DNA of 64,000 nt from a virus (IMGVR_UViG_2974570554_000001); one strand, 5' to 3'. Shown: positions 1 to 9,326, counted from the stretch's first letter. Notes: generated by a model not told the origin, from the sequence alone. Numbers and translations: made by a program.

Positions 1-232
1 AAGAGTACCATACTACGGTACAAACACGCCTATCGACGAATGCTATGAATGTGGCTTCAAAGGTGAGTTCAATTGTACCAGTAAAGGTTTCGAGTGCCCC
101 AATTGTGGCAACCATGAACCTGATAAATGCTCCGTCACTCGTCGTGTCTGTGGCTACCTAGGTAATCCTGGTACTCGCCCATTTAATGCAGGTAAACAGT
201 CAGAAATGACTAAACGTGTAAAACATCTTTAA
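1..232 (+). CDS. nrdD: anaerobic ribonucleoside-triphosphate reductase NrdD, C-terminal fragment; the gene begins upstream of the window
   Basis: Frame-2 translation gives ...DECYECGFKGEFNCTSKGFECPNCGNHEPDKCSVTRRVCGYLGNPGTRPFNAG...: paired CxxC zinc ribbon plus glycyl-radical motif RVCGY; stop at 230-232, then a hairpin terminator. Confidence 0.8.
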   Translation, partial: RVPYYGTNTPIDECYECGFKGEFNCTSKGFECPNCGNHEPDKCSVTRRVCGYLGNPGTRPFNAGKQSEMTKRVKHL

Positions 233-254
233 GAGGGCAATTGCCCTCTTTTTA
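232..254 (+). terminator. rho-independent terminator after nrdD
   Basis: agagggcaa/ttgccctct hairpin followed by TTTTT. Confidence 0.6.
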
Positions 255-271
255 ACCCTAGGAGAAAGTAT

Positions 272-484
272 ATGAAATTATTTATGGCATCTTGGTGTAC
301 ATACTGCCAACCAGTTAAAGAACTAATCAAAAATAAAGGACTGGATGTACAACTATTGGATATTGACCACTCGTTCGAGCTAGCTAGTCAATATCGCATC
401 AAACAAATCCCGGCACTAGTATTAGACGATGACACAGTAATGTTAGAATCACTAGAAATTATGCGCTACTTGGAGACTCTATAA
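272..484 (+). CDS. glutaredoxin-like redoxin (NrdC/NrdH-type)
   Basis: 70 aa, CTYC active-site motif, RBS AGGAG, adjacent to nrd genes. Confidence 0.6.
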   Translation: MKLFMASWCTYCQPVKELIKNKGLDVQLLDIDHSFELASQYRIKQIPALVLDDDTVMLESLEIMRYLETL

Positions 485-1476
485 TGCCAGTACGTTGTCA
501 AACATATAAAGAAGCCTATACCTTCGATTACCCTGAGGCAGTTGCATTTGCAGACGCCCAAAACTCAGTAATATGGTTTCACCACGAAATTAACGTAGAA
601 AAAGACATTCAAGATATTCGCGTTAATATGACACCAGCAGAAGCTCACGGTGTTATTACTACACTAAAACTGTTCACTCTATACGAACTAGTTCTAGGTA
701 ATGAATACTGGGGCGGTAGATTTAAACGCATGTTCCCCCGCCATGACTTCCGTCAGATGGGTAACGCATTCGCATTTGCTGAAATCAACATGCACGCACC
801 TTTCTACAATAAAATCAATGAAGCCCTAATGCTTAATACAGACGAGTTCTACACCAGCTACGTAGACGACCCTATTCTTAAATCTCGTATGGAATTTGTA
901 GAATCATTAGTATGCGATCCCGATGATCTAGTATCTGTAGGAGCATTTAGTATGATTGAAGGTGCTGTACTGTATAGTGCATTCGCTTACCTAAAACATT
1001 TCCAAGCACAAGGTAAGAATAAGATTCTAAACGTAGTACGTGGCATTAACTTCTCAGTACGCGATGAGAACTTACACTGTGAAGGTGGGGCTTGGGCATT
1101 TAATACATTGCGTCGTGAAATGGAACAATCAGGAGAGTTAACAGCTTCCCAATTTAACAAGGTATCAAAACGCCTACAAAGTGCAGGACGTCAAGTATAT
1201 GAGCACGAGGCTCGTATTATTGATATGATGTTCGAGAAAGGTGAGATTGAGGGTTTCCATGCAGAAGACCTAAAAACCTTTGTTAAATCACGTATCAACC
1301 TATGTCTAGGCCACCTAAGAATTGCTCCAATCTTTGAGATCGGTAACAATCCAATCGCAGAATGGTTCTATGATAATATCAATGCCCTGAAGTTCCACGA
1401 CTTCTTCACAGGTACAGGCTCAGAATATAACCGTGATTGGGATGAATCACGACTAAAATGGAAGGTGAAAGCATAA
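484..1476 (+). CDS. nrdB: ribonucleotide reductase small subunit NrdB
   Basis: 330 aa; di-iron/tyrosyl-radical R2-like sequence (EINMHAPFY..., C-terminal R1-binding tail); RBS GGAG; translationally coupled to nrdA. Confidence 0.8.
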   Translation: MPVRCQTYKEAYTFDYPEAVAFADAQNSVIWFHHEINVEKDIQDIRVNMTPAEAHGVITTLKLFTLYELVLGNEYWGGRFKRMFPRHDFRQMGNAFAFAEINMHAPFYNKINEALMLNTDEFYTSYVDDPILKSRMEFVESLVCDPDDLVSVGAFSMIEGAVLYSAFAYLKHFQAQGKNKILNVVRGINFSVRDENLHCEGGAWAFNTLRREMEQSGELTASQFNKVSKRLQSAGRQVYEHEARIIDMMFEKGEIEGFHAEDLKTFVKSRINLCLGHLRIAPIFEIGNNPIAEWFYDNINALKFHDFFTGTGSEYNRDWDESRLKWKVKA

Positions 1477-3173
1477 TGTCAAGTATTTATGATAAATTAG
1501 GTGCAGAAAGAAAAGCAGGACAAGCAAAGGGTCAAATTCCTCAATGGATGACTACAGCCGGATATCAACTCCTAAAACAAAAGTATCTCTCAGAAGGCGA
1601 GACAGTACTAGGTAGATACATTGCTATCGCTAAGACAGCAGCTAAGCACATGCCTATGGATAGAGAGCTATGGGAAGACCGATTCTTTAAACTATTCTGG
1701 AAGGGTTGGCTTGCTGCATCTACACCAGTACTAGCAAATATGGGTACTAATAAAGGTATGCCAGTTAGCTGTTCGGGTGGATATATTGATGATTCTATCC
1801 ACGGTTTCTACGATACTCTACACGAAACAGCAATGCTAACTAAGAATGGGTTTGGTACATCAGGTTATCTTGGTGATATTCGTCCTCGTGGAGCTAGTAT
1901 CTCTATTGGTGGCACAGCCGCAGGTGTTATGCCTGTAATCGAAGATTACGTACAATGTATGCGTGATGTAGCACAAGGAGCAACAAGACGTGGTGCTTGG
2001 GCAGGGTATCTTCCAATGGATCATGGTGACTTCTATGAAGTAGTTACCTTCTTAAAAAACTACCCTGACGATTTAAATCTAGGTTGGAATATTTCAGATG
2101 AGTTCGTAAGAAAACTTGAAGCTGGTAATGAGGATGCCATTGATCGCCTAGCTAAGTCTCTACATACTAAGCTTATTACAGGTAAAGGTTACTACTTCTT
2201 CCCAGATAAAGTTAACCGTCAGTCACCTCAAATGTACAAAGATTTAGGTCTAGATGTACGTGCAAGCAATCTGTGTACCGAAATCAACTTGTTTAGTGAC
2301 CCAGACCACACATTTACTTGTGTACTAAGCTCAATGAACTTAGCAAGATTCGATGAGTGGAAAGACACCGAAGCTGTATTTCATGCAACAGTATTCTTAG
2401 ACTGTGTTGCGCAGGAGTTTATTGAACAAGCATACGATATTCCTGGTCTTGAAAAAGCTACTCGCTTCACAGAGAAATCTCGTGCATTAGGTCTAGGCGG
2501 TCTAGGTTTCCATACGTACCTACAGGACAACATGATTGCATTCGAAACATTCGAAGCTCACATGAAGAACCTAGAAATCTTCACTCACATGTCTAACGAA
2601 GCACTAAGAGCTTCTAAGTGGATGGCTGAAGAACTAGGTGAGCCAGAGTGGTGTAAAGGTTACGGAGTACGTAACACCCACCGCTTAGCAGTAGCTCCAA
2701 ATACTTCAAGTGCATTAGTATGTGGTGGGGTTTCTCAAGGTATTGAGCCAATCCCAGGTAATAGTTACGTACAGCCAAGTGCTGCTGGGGAGCTAACTCG
2801 ATTGAATCCATCTTTCTTGAAATTCTGCAAGGAGAAGGGTGTAGAAGTTGATAGAGAACTGATCAAGTCAATCAATGATAAGTTAGGTTCGGTACAGCAT
2901 CTAGATTGGTTATCAGACCACGAAAAGATGGTGTTTAAGACTGCTTACGAGATTGATCAAATGGCACTGATTCGTTTAGCAGCAGCTAGGCAGCCACGAA
3001 TCTGTCAAGGTCAATCATTGAACCTATTCTTTGATGCTGATGAGGATGAGGAATACATCCTAGAAGTACATCAAGCCGCATTTACAAATGAAAATATTAA
3101 ACAACTATACTACATGCGCACTATGGCAGGTGTTCAAGCATCCAAAGGTGAATGTGTAGCTTGTGAGGGCTAA
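1476..3173 (+). CDS. nrdA: ribonucleotide reductase large subunit (class I NrdA-like, no ATP cone)
   Basis: Active-site motif SNLCTEINL and C-terminal CVACEG cysteine pair; start moved to ATG 1476, which has a strong RBS GGAAGGTGA. Confidence 0.75.
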   Translation: MSSIYDKLGAERKAGQAKGQIPQWMTTAGYQLLKQKYLSEGETVLGRYIAIAKTAAKHMPMDRELWEDRFFKLFWKGWLAASTPVLANMGTNKGMPVSCSGGYIDDSIHGFYDTLHETAMLTKNGFGTSGYLGDIRPRGASISIGGTAAGVMPVIEDYVQCMRDVAQGATRRGAWAGYLPMDHGDFYEVVTFLKNYPDDLNLGWNISDEFVRKLEAGNEDAIDRLAKSLHTKLITGKGYYFFPDKVNRQSPQMYKDLGLDVRASNLCTEINLFSDPDHTFTCVLSSMNLARFDEWKDTEAVFHATVFLDCVAQEFIEQAYDIPGLEKATRFTEKSRALGLGGLGFHTYLQDNMIAFETFEAHMKNLEIFTHMSNEALRASKWMAEELGEPEWCKGYGVRNTHRLAVAPNTSSALVCGGVSQGIEPIPGNSYVQPSAAGELTRLNPSFLKFCKEKGVEVDRELIKSINDKLGSVQHLDWLSDHEKMVFKTAYEIDQMALIRLAAARQPRICQGQSLNLFFDADEDEEYILEVHQAAFTNENIKQLYYMRTMAGVQASKGECVACEG

Positions 3174-3175
3174 AT

Positions 3176-3658
3176 ATGAATTATATGAATTACTACCCAA
3201 CAGATGTAGTTAATGGAGAGGGGACGCGATGCGTCCTCTTTGTTTCTGGATGTTCACATGGGTGTAAGGGCTGCTACAATGAGGTAGCTTGGAATCCAAA
3301 TAATGGACACGAATTCACCCAAGAACTGGAAGACCAAATTATCAAGGACTTACAAGATACTCGTATCAAGCGTAAAGGTATCACTCTATCTGGCGGAGAT
3401 CCTATGCATAAACGTAATGTGCAACAACTAGTTCAGTTATGTCATAGAATTAAGACTGAATGCCCAGGAAGGGACATTTGGCTCTACACTGGATACACAC
3501 ATGCTCAACTACTAGAAGATAAAAACCCATATCGTCAAGCATTGCTAGGATACACAGATGTTCTAGTAGATGGTAAATTCGAACAAGAACTATATGATCC
3601 AGGCTTACGCTTTCGTGGAAGTAGTAATCAACGTATCATTTACCTAGGGGACGCATAG
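3176..3658 (+). CDS. nrdG: anaerobic RNR activating enzyme NrdG (radical SAM)
   Basis: CSHGCKGC (CxxxCxxC) near the N-terminus; 160 aa. Confidence 0.8.
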   Translation: MNYMNYYPTDVVNGEGTRCVLFVSGCSHGCKGCYNEVAWNPNNGHEFTQELEDQIIKDLQDTRIKRKGITLSGGDPMHKRNVQQLVQLCHRIKTECPGRDIWLYTGYTHAQLLEDKNPYRQALLGYTDVLVDGKFEQELYDPGLRFRGSSNQRIIYLGDA

Positions 3659-3709
3659 CCCCCTTTCATGTCTCTATAGATGTTAACGTCATGTTATATA
3701 AAAATCTTC

Positions 3710-3738
3710 TTGCTATTTCGAGAGAATTTTTATATAAT
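3710..3738 (+). promoter_or_regulatory. T5 N25-type early promoter
   Basis: -35 TTGCTA at 3710, -10 TATAAT at 3733, 17-bp spacer, conserved leader AGTTCCATAAATTGAAAAGGAG. Confidence 0.6.
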
Positions 3739-3768
3739 AGTTCCATAAATTGAAAAGGAGATTGTATT

Positions 3769-4152
3769 ATGTTTTTAGATTATCAATTCTGCGAAGATAA
3801 TGATGTACGTATCGAAAAGATCCACCATCTTTCTACGCTAATCTCTAGTGATAGACGCAGCGATGTTGACGAGCTAATGCACGACTTAGATGGTTGCCAA
3901 ACTCAGTTCCACATCACAGAAAGAACAAAAGAGTTGGCTGACTTTCTAGACGCTGCTTATGAGCAAAAACTGCCAGACTACGCTATCAAAAACGAACTAT
4001 TTAATAAGGGTTTCCATAAAGGTATTGTGCTAGAAACCACGGTATTTAAGCAAGGACAGATTGGACGTCCTATATTATACATTTACGCTGAATCCGAATT
4101 GGAAGTTAAAGCTTTTATGGAAGAAGTATCTAATATTGTTTGGGGTGATTAA
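3769..4152 (+). CDS. hypothetical protein
   Basis: ORF downstream of the early promoter with RBS GGAG. Confidence 0.5.
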   Translation: MFLDYQFCEDNDVRIEKIHHLSTLISSDRRSDVDELMHDLDGCQTQFHITERTKELADFLDAAYEQKLPDYAIKNELFNKGFHKGIVLETTVFKQGQIGRPILYIYAESELEVKAFMEEVSNIVWGD

Positions 4153-4511
4153 TGAATATTCTATTAAGAGAGCGTTGGGAGCAAATCGTAAGTAATGTTC
4201 CAGCAACAGTAATACTTCCATCGGATATTGTGGACTTTATGTGCGAGTTCGGAGAGTCTCTAATTGACTCTAATGAGTGGCATGAAAACAGTTGGACTCT
4301 AATTGGCTTCGCTTTTGGCAATCCAAAGTGGTATCCCTTCGCCATAGAACTAGATATGGAAAAAGACTACACATACTGCCACATGGTACATGAGTTATTC
4401 GATGGTGATGGTGACTTAGAAAACGAATTTTTCGCAGACCTAATGAATGCTATCCCTGCGTACCGTAAACGCTTCTGTGATAATTTACTGGAGTTATTGA
4501 ATGACGATTAA
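4152..4511 (+). CDS. hypothetical protein
   Basis: Start overlaps the previous stop (ATGA); acidic. Confidence 0.5.
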   Translation: MNILLRERWEQIVSNVPATVILPSDIVDFMCEFGESLIDSNEWHENSWTLIGFAFGNPKWYPFAIELDMEKDYTYCHMVHELFDGDGDLENEFFADLMNAIPAYRKRFCDNLLELLNDD

Positions 4512-4947
4512 CAGTTTCCGAGGGGAACATGCGTTCCTATCTAATATGTTTGAAGTGGTAATTGAACATGACGGCATTACTTATCCTTCTAGTGAGAACA
4601 TGTATCAAGCGTTCAAAGCAGAAGAAAAACGAGAACGTAAGCTAATTGCTAAATTACCTCCAAACCAATCAAAGAACTACTGGAAATTTAATCCAGTTAA
4701 AAACCAGCTTTTCCATTGTAATAAACTAGCTTACATGGAAACCTGTCTAAGAGCCAAGTTCTCAAACCCACACCTAGCACATCTATTGCTAGCAACTGGT
4801 GACGCAGAGCTTATTGAAGGCAATTGGTGGGGTGATGGTTTCTGGGGTGTAATTGAAAAGACTGGTCACGGTCATAATAACCTTGGTAAGCTATTAATGA
4901 AGATTCGAGAGGAACTCCGTGAAGAACTTAAAGCAAAAACTAACTAA
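4501..4947 (+). CDS. NADAR/YbiA-like (DUF1768) protein
   Basis: N-terminal FRGEHAFLSNMFE...YPSSENMYQAFKA matches the NADAR signature. Confidence 0.65.
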   Translation: MTINSFRGEHAFLSNMFEVVIEHDGITYPSSENMYQAFKAEEKRERKLIAKLPPNQSKNYWKFNPVKNQLFHCNKLAYMETCLRAKFSNPHLAHLLLATGDAELIEGNWWGDGFWGVIEKTGHGHNNLGKLLMKIREELREELKAKTN

Positions 4948-5131
4948 GAATCCTAAACTAACATGTGGTGTAGGTTTGAAAGATGCAACGCCAGAAGAAA
5001 TAGCTGATATTAAGAAGTGGCTAGACGTTCGTGGTATTAAGTATGTACACAGAACTACTCACCTAAAGACAAATAATCCATTACCTTATAATGGTTTACT
5101 AATTATTAATCTTATCGGGACAAAGAAATGA
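4919..5131 (+). CDS. hypothetical ORF (GTG start, weak)
   Basis: Track ORF that overlaps the NADAR 3' end; no clear RBS. Confidence 0.2.
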   Translation: MKNLKQKLTKNPKLTCGVGLKDATPEEIADIKKWLDVRGIKYVHRTTHLKTNNPLPYNGLLIINLIGTKK

Positions 5132-5610
5132 CGTATGGCGTAGAAGACTTTAAGCCCTTTTATAACTATAAAATATACCCAGATGGGAGAGTATGGTCTT
5201 TAGCTAAGAAAAGATTCTTATCTCCATTCAAAAACAATTCTGGCTATTTGATGGTTAATCTATGCTTAAAAGGAAAAAGCACTAAGAAGCTGGTACATAG
5301 ACTAGTTGCAGAATTATTCGTAGAAGGAAAACAACCAGGATTGGAGGTCGATCATAGAGATCGGGACAAACTGAATAATTGGTATGAAAACCTGCGTTGG
5401 CAAACTCACTCAGAAAATGCCTCTAACAAAGGTGTCATAAAAGTAAAGAGCTATCCGAGTGTTAGAGACCCTAACGGGGTAGTGCACGAGGTAGAGCCTA
5501 ATATGAAATACTTTTGTATAAATCATGGGTTAGATAGGTCAGCCATGTCAAAAGTTACTCGTGGTATTTGGAAACAGTACAAGGGGTGGAGGTTAGCAAA
5601 TGACTTATAA
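5128..5610 (+). CDS. HNH homing endonuclease
   Basis: VDHRDRDKLNNWYENLRWQTHSENASNKG HNH motif; GYLMVNL N-terminal pattern of phage HNH homing enzymes. Confidence 0.65.
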   Translation: MTYGVEDFKPFYNYKIYPDGRVWSLAKKRFLSPFKNNSGYLMVNLCLKGKSTKKLVHRLVAELFVEGKQPGLEVDHRDRDKLNNWYENLRWQTHSENASNKGVIKVKSYPSVRDPNGVVHEVEPNMKYFCINHGLDRSAMSKVTRGIWKQYKGWRLANDL

Positions 5611-6061
5611 AGTATATACAGACGGCGGTTCAAGGGGGAATCCAGGTGTTGGTGGCTGGGCGTTTGTAGTATATCAGGGGTGGAGTGAAAAAGGGCATAA
5701 AAGTGGCGCGTTCGCAAAAACCACTAATAATATAGCCGAGCTAACAGCTATTGTAGAAGCTCTGCAATGGGCTATCCGTGCTAAGCTATCTCACATTGAA
5801 ATTCTAACAGACTCTAACTACGCTGTCCAAGGTTACAAAACGTGGATGCATGGTTGGGTTAAGAAAGGTTGGAAAACTGCGGGTGGAACTCCAGTTAAGA
5901 ACCTAGAACTTTGGCAGACATTATATAATATTTCTAGTCAAATTGATGTAACAATGACAAAAGTCAAAGGTCACTCAGGCATTGAAGGCAACGAACGAGC
6001 AGATGCTCTGTGTAATTGTGCAATGGACGAGTGGGAACTTGAAAATGTGGTGATGAAATGA
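5600..6061 (+). CDS. rnhA: ribonuclease H (RNase HI)
   Basis: YTDGGSRGNPG...TNNIAELTA...TDSNY...VKGHSGIEGNERADAL carry the catalytic DEDD/H residues. Confidence 0.8.
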   Translation: MTYKVYTDGGSRGNPGVGGWAFVVYQGWSEKGHKSGAFAKTTNNIAELTAIVEALQWAIRAKLSHIEILTDSNYAVQGYKTWMHGWVKKGWKTAGGTPVKNLELWQTLYNISSQIDVTMTKVKGHSGIEGNERADALCNCAMDEWELENVVMK

Positions 6062-6264
6062 GTAATTTTATTTGGAACATCAATTTCCTTATATTCTGGC
6101 GTCTAGCTTGGATTAAGAAAGGGTGTGAAGTTTTTGGTGATAATTGGGGTCAGATAGGTAGACTTTGTTATACCAAACAAACCACGCCTTACAAGTTCAT
6201 TATTCAACCAAAGATCACAAAGATTAAAAATTGGTTTGCTAATTTGGATAATAACTTGCTATAA
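6058..6264 (+). CDS. hypothetical small protein (weak)
   Basis: ATGA overlap with rnhA; Trp-rich; its 3' end overlaps the next promoter. Confidence 0.25.
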   Translation: MSNFIWNINFLIFWRLAWIKKGCEVFGDNWGQIGRLCYTKQTTPYKFIIQPKITKIKNWFANLDNNLL

Positions 6265-6265
6265 T
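6236..6265 (+). promoter_or_regulatory. T5-type early promoter
   Basis: -35 TTGCTA at 6236, -10 TATAAT at 6260, leader CATAGTTTGAAAG...GGAG. Confidence 0.55.
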
Positions 6266-6296
6266 ATTCGCATAGTTTGAAAGAACGGAGATTAAA

Positions 6297-6515
6297 ATGA
6301 TTTTAAAAGAAGATAATGTGGTTCAAAAAGATGGGCTGATGCACTTTACTGTGTACCACTCTAGAATAGACTTTGGTGTCTTTAAGAAGGGTGACGAAGT
6401 TTTCGTTTATAAAACAATCGAAGGTTTAGGTGACTTACAAGTACATAAGGCTGTACCGCTAGATACAGACCAAGTACACTACTTCTTCGACCATGAATTA
6501 GATCTGGAGCAGTAA
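6297..6515 (+). CDS. hypothetical protein
   Basis: RBS ACGGAG; 72 aa. Confidence 0.5.
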   Translation: MILKEDNVVQKDGLMHFTVYHSRIDFGVFKKGDEVFVYKTIEGLGDLQVHKAVPLDTDQVHYFFDHELDLEQ

Positions 6516-6516
6516 T

Positions 6517-6781
6517 ATGCCAAAAGCAACTGGTTACGAAAAAAGCATTTATTAAAGAGTGGGAAGATTGGGACGGCGATCAGTCAGTTCTAGCTTTCTA
6601 CAAATGTAAACTAGATGGTATCTTTGCCATTCTAGCAGATACAGAAGAAGCAGATGTAGTTGAAATTGATAACGAAAATTGTGTAGTTAATCTATATAAC
6701 TTTGGCGACAATGAACCATTCTTCGTACAACCGTTTAAAATTACTCTAGTGGAGAACACCGATGGCGAAAGCAACGATTAA
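6517..6781 (+). pseudogene. ORF interrupted at an A6 homopolymer (12-aa ATG ORF plus a 75-codon ATG-less ORF in the +1 frame)
   Basis: ATG at 6517 gives MPKATGYEKSIY*; a shift of one base inside gaaaaaagc continues as KAFIKEWEDWDGDQS... to the stop at 6781. Confidence 0.3.
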
Positions 6782-6956
6782 GAAAGAAGTTACCGTTACC
6801 TTAACGCTAACTCAAAATGAAGCTCGCTACCTAAAGGGGCTACTACAAAATTGGTTGGGTGAGTTTGAAGAACCTGCTGACCATAAAGAATTACGTAATG
6901 AACTCTTTAACGAAATCAACCAAGCTCTAGGAACTGCTTCACATAACTTCCGTTAA
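6762..6956 (+). CDS. hypothetical protein
   Basis: 64 aa ORF. Confidence 0.45.
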   Translation: MAKATIKKEVTVTLTLTQNEARYLKGLLQNWLGEFEEPADHKELRNELFNEINQALGTASHNFR

Positions 6957-6964
6957 AACTTGAA

Positions 6965-6992
6965 TTGCTAAAACATCAAAAACTTTATATAA
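6965..6992 (+). promoter_or_regulatory. T5-type early promoter
   Basis: -35 TTGCTA at 6965, -10 TATAAT at 6987. Confidence 0.6.
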
Positions 6993-7032
6993 TATTCCCA
7001 TAGTTTGAAAACAAAGAAAGGAAAAAATCAAT

Positions 7033-7308
7033 ATGACTGAACAAAAAGTAACTCTAAAACCTGTAGCTGGTGACTCTCTTCTAATCGGTAAATACCAGTC
7101 TGGTGTAGACCGTAAGGGTAAACCTGTGTTCCGTTCAATGCCAAAAGGCAAAGAACCTTCTACTATCGTGGAAGCGGTCTACGAAGACGGTCGTGTTCGC
7201 TCTAAAGAAGGCGACGTGTACGCAGTACGTCTGAACAAACGTCCAACTGTCATTAAGACTAAGCATGGTAAGAAAGCTCTTCCTGCTCAATGGATTACCG
7301 TAGCGTAA
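7033..7308 (+). CDS. hypothetical protein (basic)
   Basis: 91 aa; RBS AAAGGAAA. Confidence 0.55.
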   Translation: MTEQKVTLKPVAGDSLLIGKYQSGVDRKGKPVFRSMPKGKEPSTIVEAVYEDGRVRSKEGDVYAVRLNKRPTVIKTKHGKKALPAQWITVA

Positions 7309-7475
7309 TGGCTAAGGTACTTGTTGATGAGTCCGTATTATGGGGACTCATCAACTCCGACTTACTACTTCAACACCTAGAAAACGAAGGTGTTGATAAC
7401 TGGTCTGGGTACTATCATCCTGAAGACCTAGACGAACAAACTAACAAATTATTGAAGGAAATCAAACATGGCTAA
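7308..7475 (+). CDS. hypothetical small protein
   Basis: TAATG stop/start overlap. Confidence 0.4.
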   Translation: MAKVLVDESVLWGLINSDLLLQHLENEGVDNWSGYYHPEDLDEQTNKLLKEIKHG

Positions 7476-7716
7476 GAAACCTGCAAAAACAGTAAACACA
7501 GCAACAACTGAACGTAACAAAGCACGTCGTCTAGCACGCCACGTTAAGGCTCATCCTAAAGATGCACAGTCTGCTGCACGCGTGGGTAAACCACGTTCAG
7601 TTCGCAAAGCACCTTTTGTTAAGGGTAGCTTTCGCAAGGTTAACAAAGCATACCGTGATGAAGCGGGTCACGTACTGGAAGCACCTGCGTTTCGTCCAAT
7701 CGTTAAGAAAGCTTAA
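7468..7716 (+). CDS. small highly basic (K/R/A-rich) protein, possibly DNA-binding and histone-like
   Basis: 82 aa; KKPAKT...RLARHVKAHPK composition. Confidence 0.5.
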   Translation: MAKKPAKTVNTATTERNKARRLARHVKAHPKDAQSAARVGKPRSVRKAPFVKGSFRKVNKAYRDEAGHVLEAPAFRPIVKKA

Positions 7717-7722
7717 CAAAAT

Positions 7723-7750
7723 GAAAGGGGTTGGGTAGTCTAGCCCCTTA
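7723..7750 (+). terminator. putative terminator hairpin
   Basis: aggggttgggtagtctagcccct hairpin with a weak T tract. Confidence 0.35.
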
Positions 7751-7828
7751 TTAAGGAGACCTTATGTCTAGAAAAGAACTGTATAAACGATGGAAGCATC
7801 GACGCCTATACCGTGATGGAGTAAAGAA

Positions 7829-8770
7829 ATGAATAACTTCGTAGCAAAACATTGCCGAACGTTTAACAAGGCAACTGTCCAACGCGACAGAACTAAGTAT
7901 CATCGTCCTAGCTCTCGTAGCTTAATGGATGAATGGTTTGAAGATGAAAATGACGGGTTCGAGCACCCAGGAATGGTAGAGCCAAAGGAGCTTGAGACTC
8001 CTTCTATAAGCGATAACGTTTATAAAAGAAGTTTCACTAACAAACAGGAGATAAATATGGAGCAAGTGGTTGCACGTCAACAAGAGCTACATAAAAACCT
8101 ATACGGTAATGTAGACATGAATCGCATGGATTTGAGTCCAGTAACTCACTACCATCTAAACTGGGTATTTGACCTAGAAACATACGCAACTTGTCAAAAC
8201 GCCATCGTGCCTGAAATTTCAGCAGTAGCATTTGACATTCTTTCTGGTGAAGTATTTCACGAGATTACGTTGCACATTGATGTAGATTCTCAAGTTGCTC
8301 TCGGGCGCGAGGTTTCAGCTTCTACGCTATCATTTTGGCTAATGCAGTCAGAAGAAGCACGCCGTAAGATGTTGCTTGCAGACCCAGATTACTGTCGTAA
8401 AAATGGTTTGGAAATTCCACTGCCTATCTGCGGAGCAATGAGTAAACTACGTCAAGAAATTATTGATGTATCAGCTAAGTGGGCAGAACAAACTGGCTTT
8501 AGCAAAGAACCTCTAGTATGGGGTAATGGCATCACCTTCGATTTAGGTAAAACTATCTCGTTGTTTGAAACAGCTCAAATTCCATTGCCTTGGCAATTCT
8601 GGGCAGAGCGTGATGCTCGTACAATCATGGACTTAGCACCAGAAATTAAGAAAGGATTTAGTCTAGACTTCCGTGGTGTACCTCATTATGGTCTTGACGA
8701 CTGTAAACACGAGCTACGTTACTTGTCTGCTACATACATCAAAATCTGGGAAATGAGCAAAGAAAAGTAA
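7829..8770 (+). CDS. DnaQ-like 3'-5' exonuclease (DEDDh) with an N-terminal extension
   Basis: VFDLETYA..., SAVAFD..., WGNGITFD, HYGLDDCKHE match exo motifs I-III; internal alternative start at 8057 with RBS AGGAG. Confidence 0.6.
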   Translation: MNNFVAKHCRTFNKATVQRDRTKYHRPSSRSLMDEWFEDENDGFEHPGMVEPKELETPSISDNVYKRSFTNKQEINMEQVVARQQELHKNLYGNVDMNRMDLSPVTHYHLNWVFDLETYATCQNAIVPEISAVAFDILSGEVFHEITLHIDVDSQVALGREVSASTLSFWLMQSEEARRKMLLADPDYCRKNGLEIPLPICGAMSKLRQEIIDVSAKWAEQTGFSKEPLVWGNGITFDLGKTISLFETAQIPLPWQFWAERDARTIMDLAPEIKKGFSLDFRGVPHYGLDDCKHELRYLSATYIKIWEMSKEK

Positions 8771-8778
8771 AAACTTAA

Positions 8779-8807
8779 TTGCTTAAACATCAAAAACTTT
8801 ATATAAT
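8779..8807 (+). promoter_or_regulatory. T5-type early promoter
   Basis: -35 TTGCTT at 8779, -10 TATAAT at 8802. Confidence 0.6.
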
Positions 8808-8845
8808 ATATTCCTAAACTGAGAAAACAAAAGAAGGAAATCAAA

Positions 8846-9040
8846 ATGGCTAAACGTTCTAAAATGATTGGTATTAAAATGGCTGACCGCACTCGCAAAA
8901 TGGCAGGTGAATACGGCATTGAAATTCTTGAGCAACGCCGCTCTGGTCTGGCTAAAGTCCTAGGCTTGCTTGCTCGTGGTACTCGCGTTTCCAATCATCC
9001 TCGCGCTGTTGAATACACTGCGGCTCAATTCGGTCTTTAA
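8846..9040 (+). CDS. hypothetical protein
   Basis: 64 aa; RBS AAGGAAA. Confidence 0.5.
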   Translation: MAKRSKMIGIKMADRTRKMAGEYGIEILEQRRSGLAKVLGLLARGTRVSNHPRAVEYTAAQFGL

Positions 9041-9089
9041 TTAGACCGTCTTAAAACTTTCTCATTAACTAATTATAAGGATACCAAAT

Positions 9090-9326
9090 ATGAATGGTAA
9101 AATGGCAAAAAATCTTCGTCGTATTGCACGTGGTCTTACTACTGTGGATTCTAACGAACTTGTAGACGTAACAGGTACAACCCGTATTCGTACTGCACCA
9201 AACGGTACTAAAGTTGCTACCCGAACTCAAGCACACGCTAAAGGTAGTTACCGTAACATGCTTAAAGCGTGTAAATCAAATCGAATCTTCTCGTTTAACC
9301 CAGAAGAAAACGCTCACGTAGCTTAA
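9090..9326 (+). CDS. hypothetical protein
   Basis: 78 aa; RBS AAGGATA. Confidence 0.45.
   Translation: MNGKMAKNLRRIARGLTTVDSNELVDVTGTTRIRTAPNGTKVATRTQAHAKGSYRNMLKACKSNRIFSFNPEENAHVA

Noticed and set aside
2614-2811. Minus-strand ORFs nested in + genes (for example 2614..2811, 23414..23602, 24719..25015, 25214..25696, 13449..13715, 42559..42861)
   Set aside because: The genome is transcribed almost uniformly rightward here. These are antisense to well-supported genes and have no RBS.
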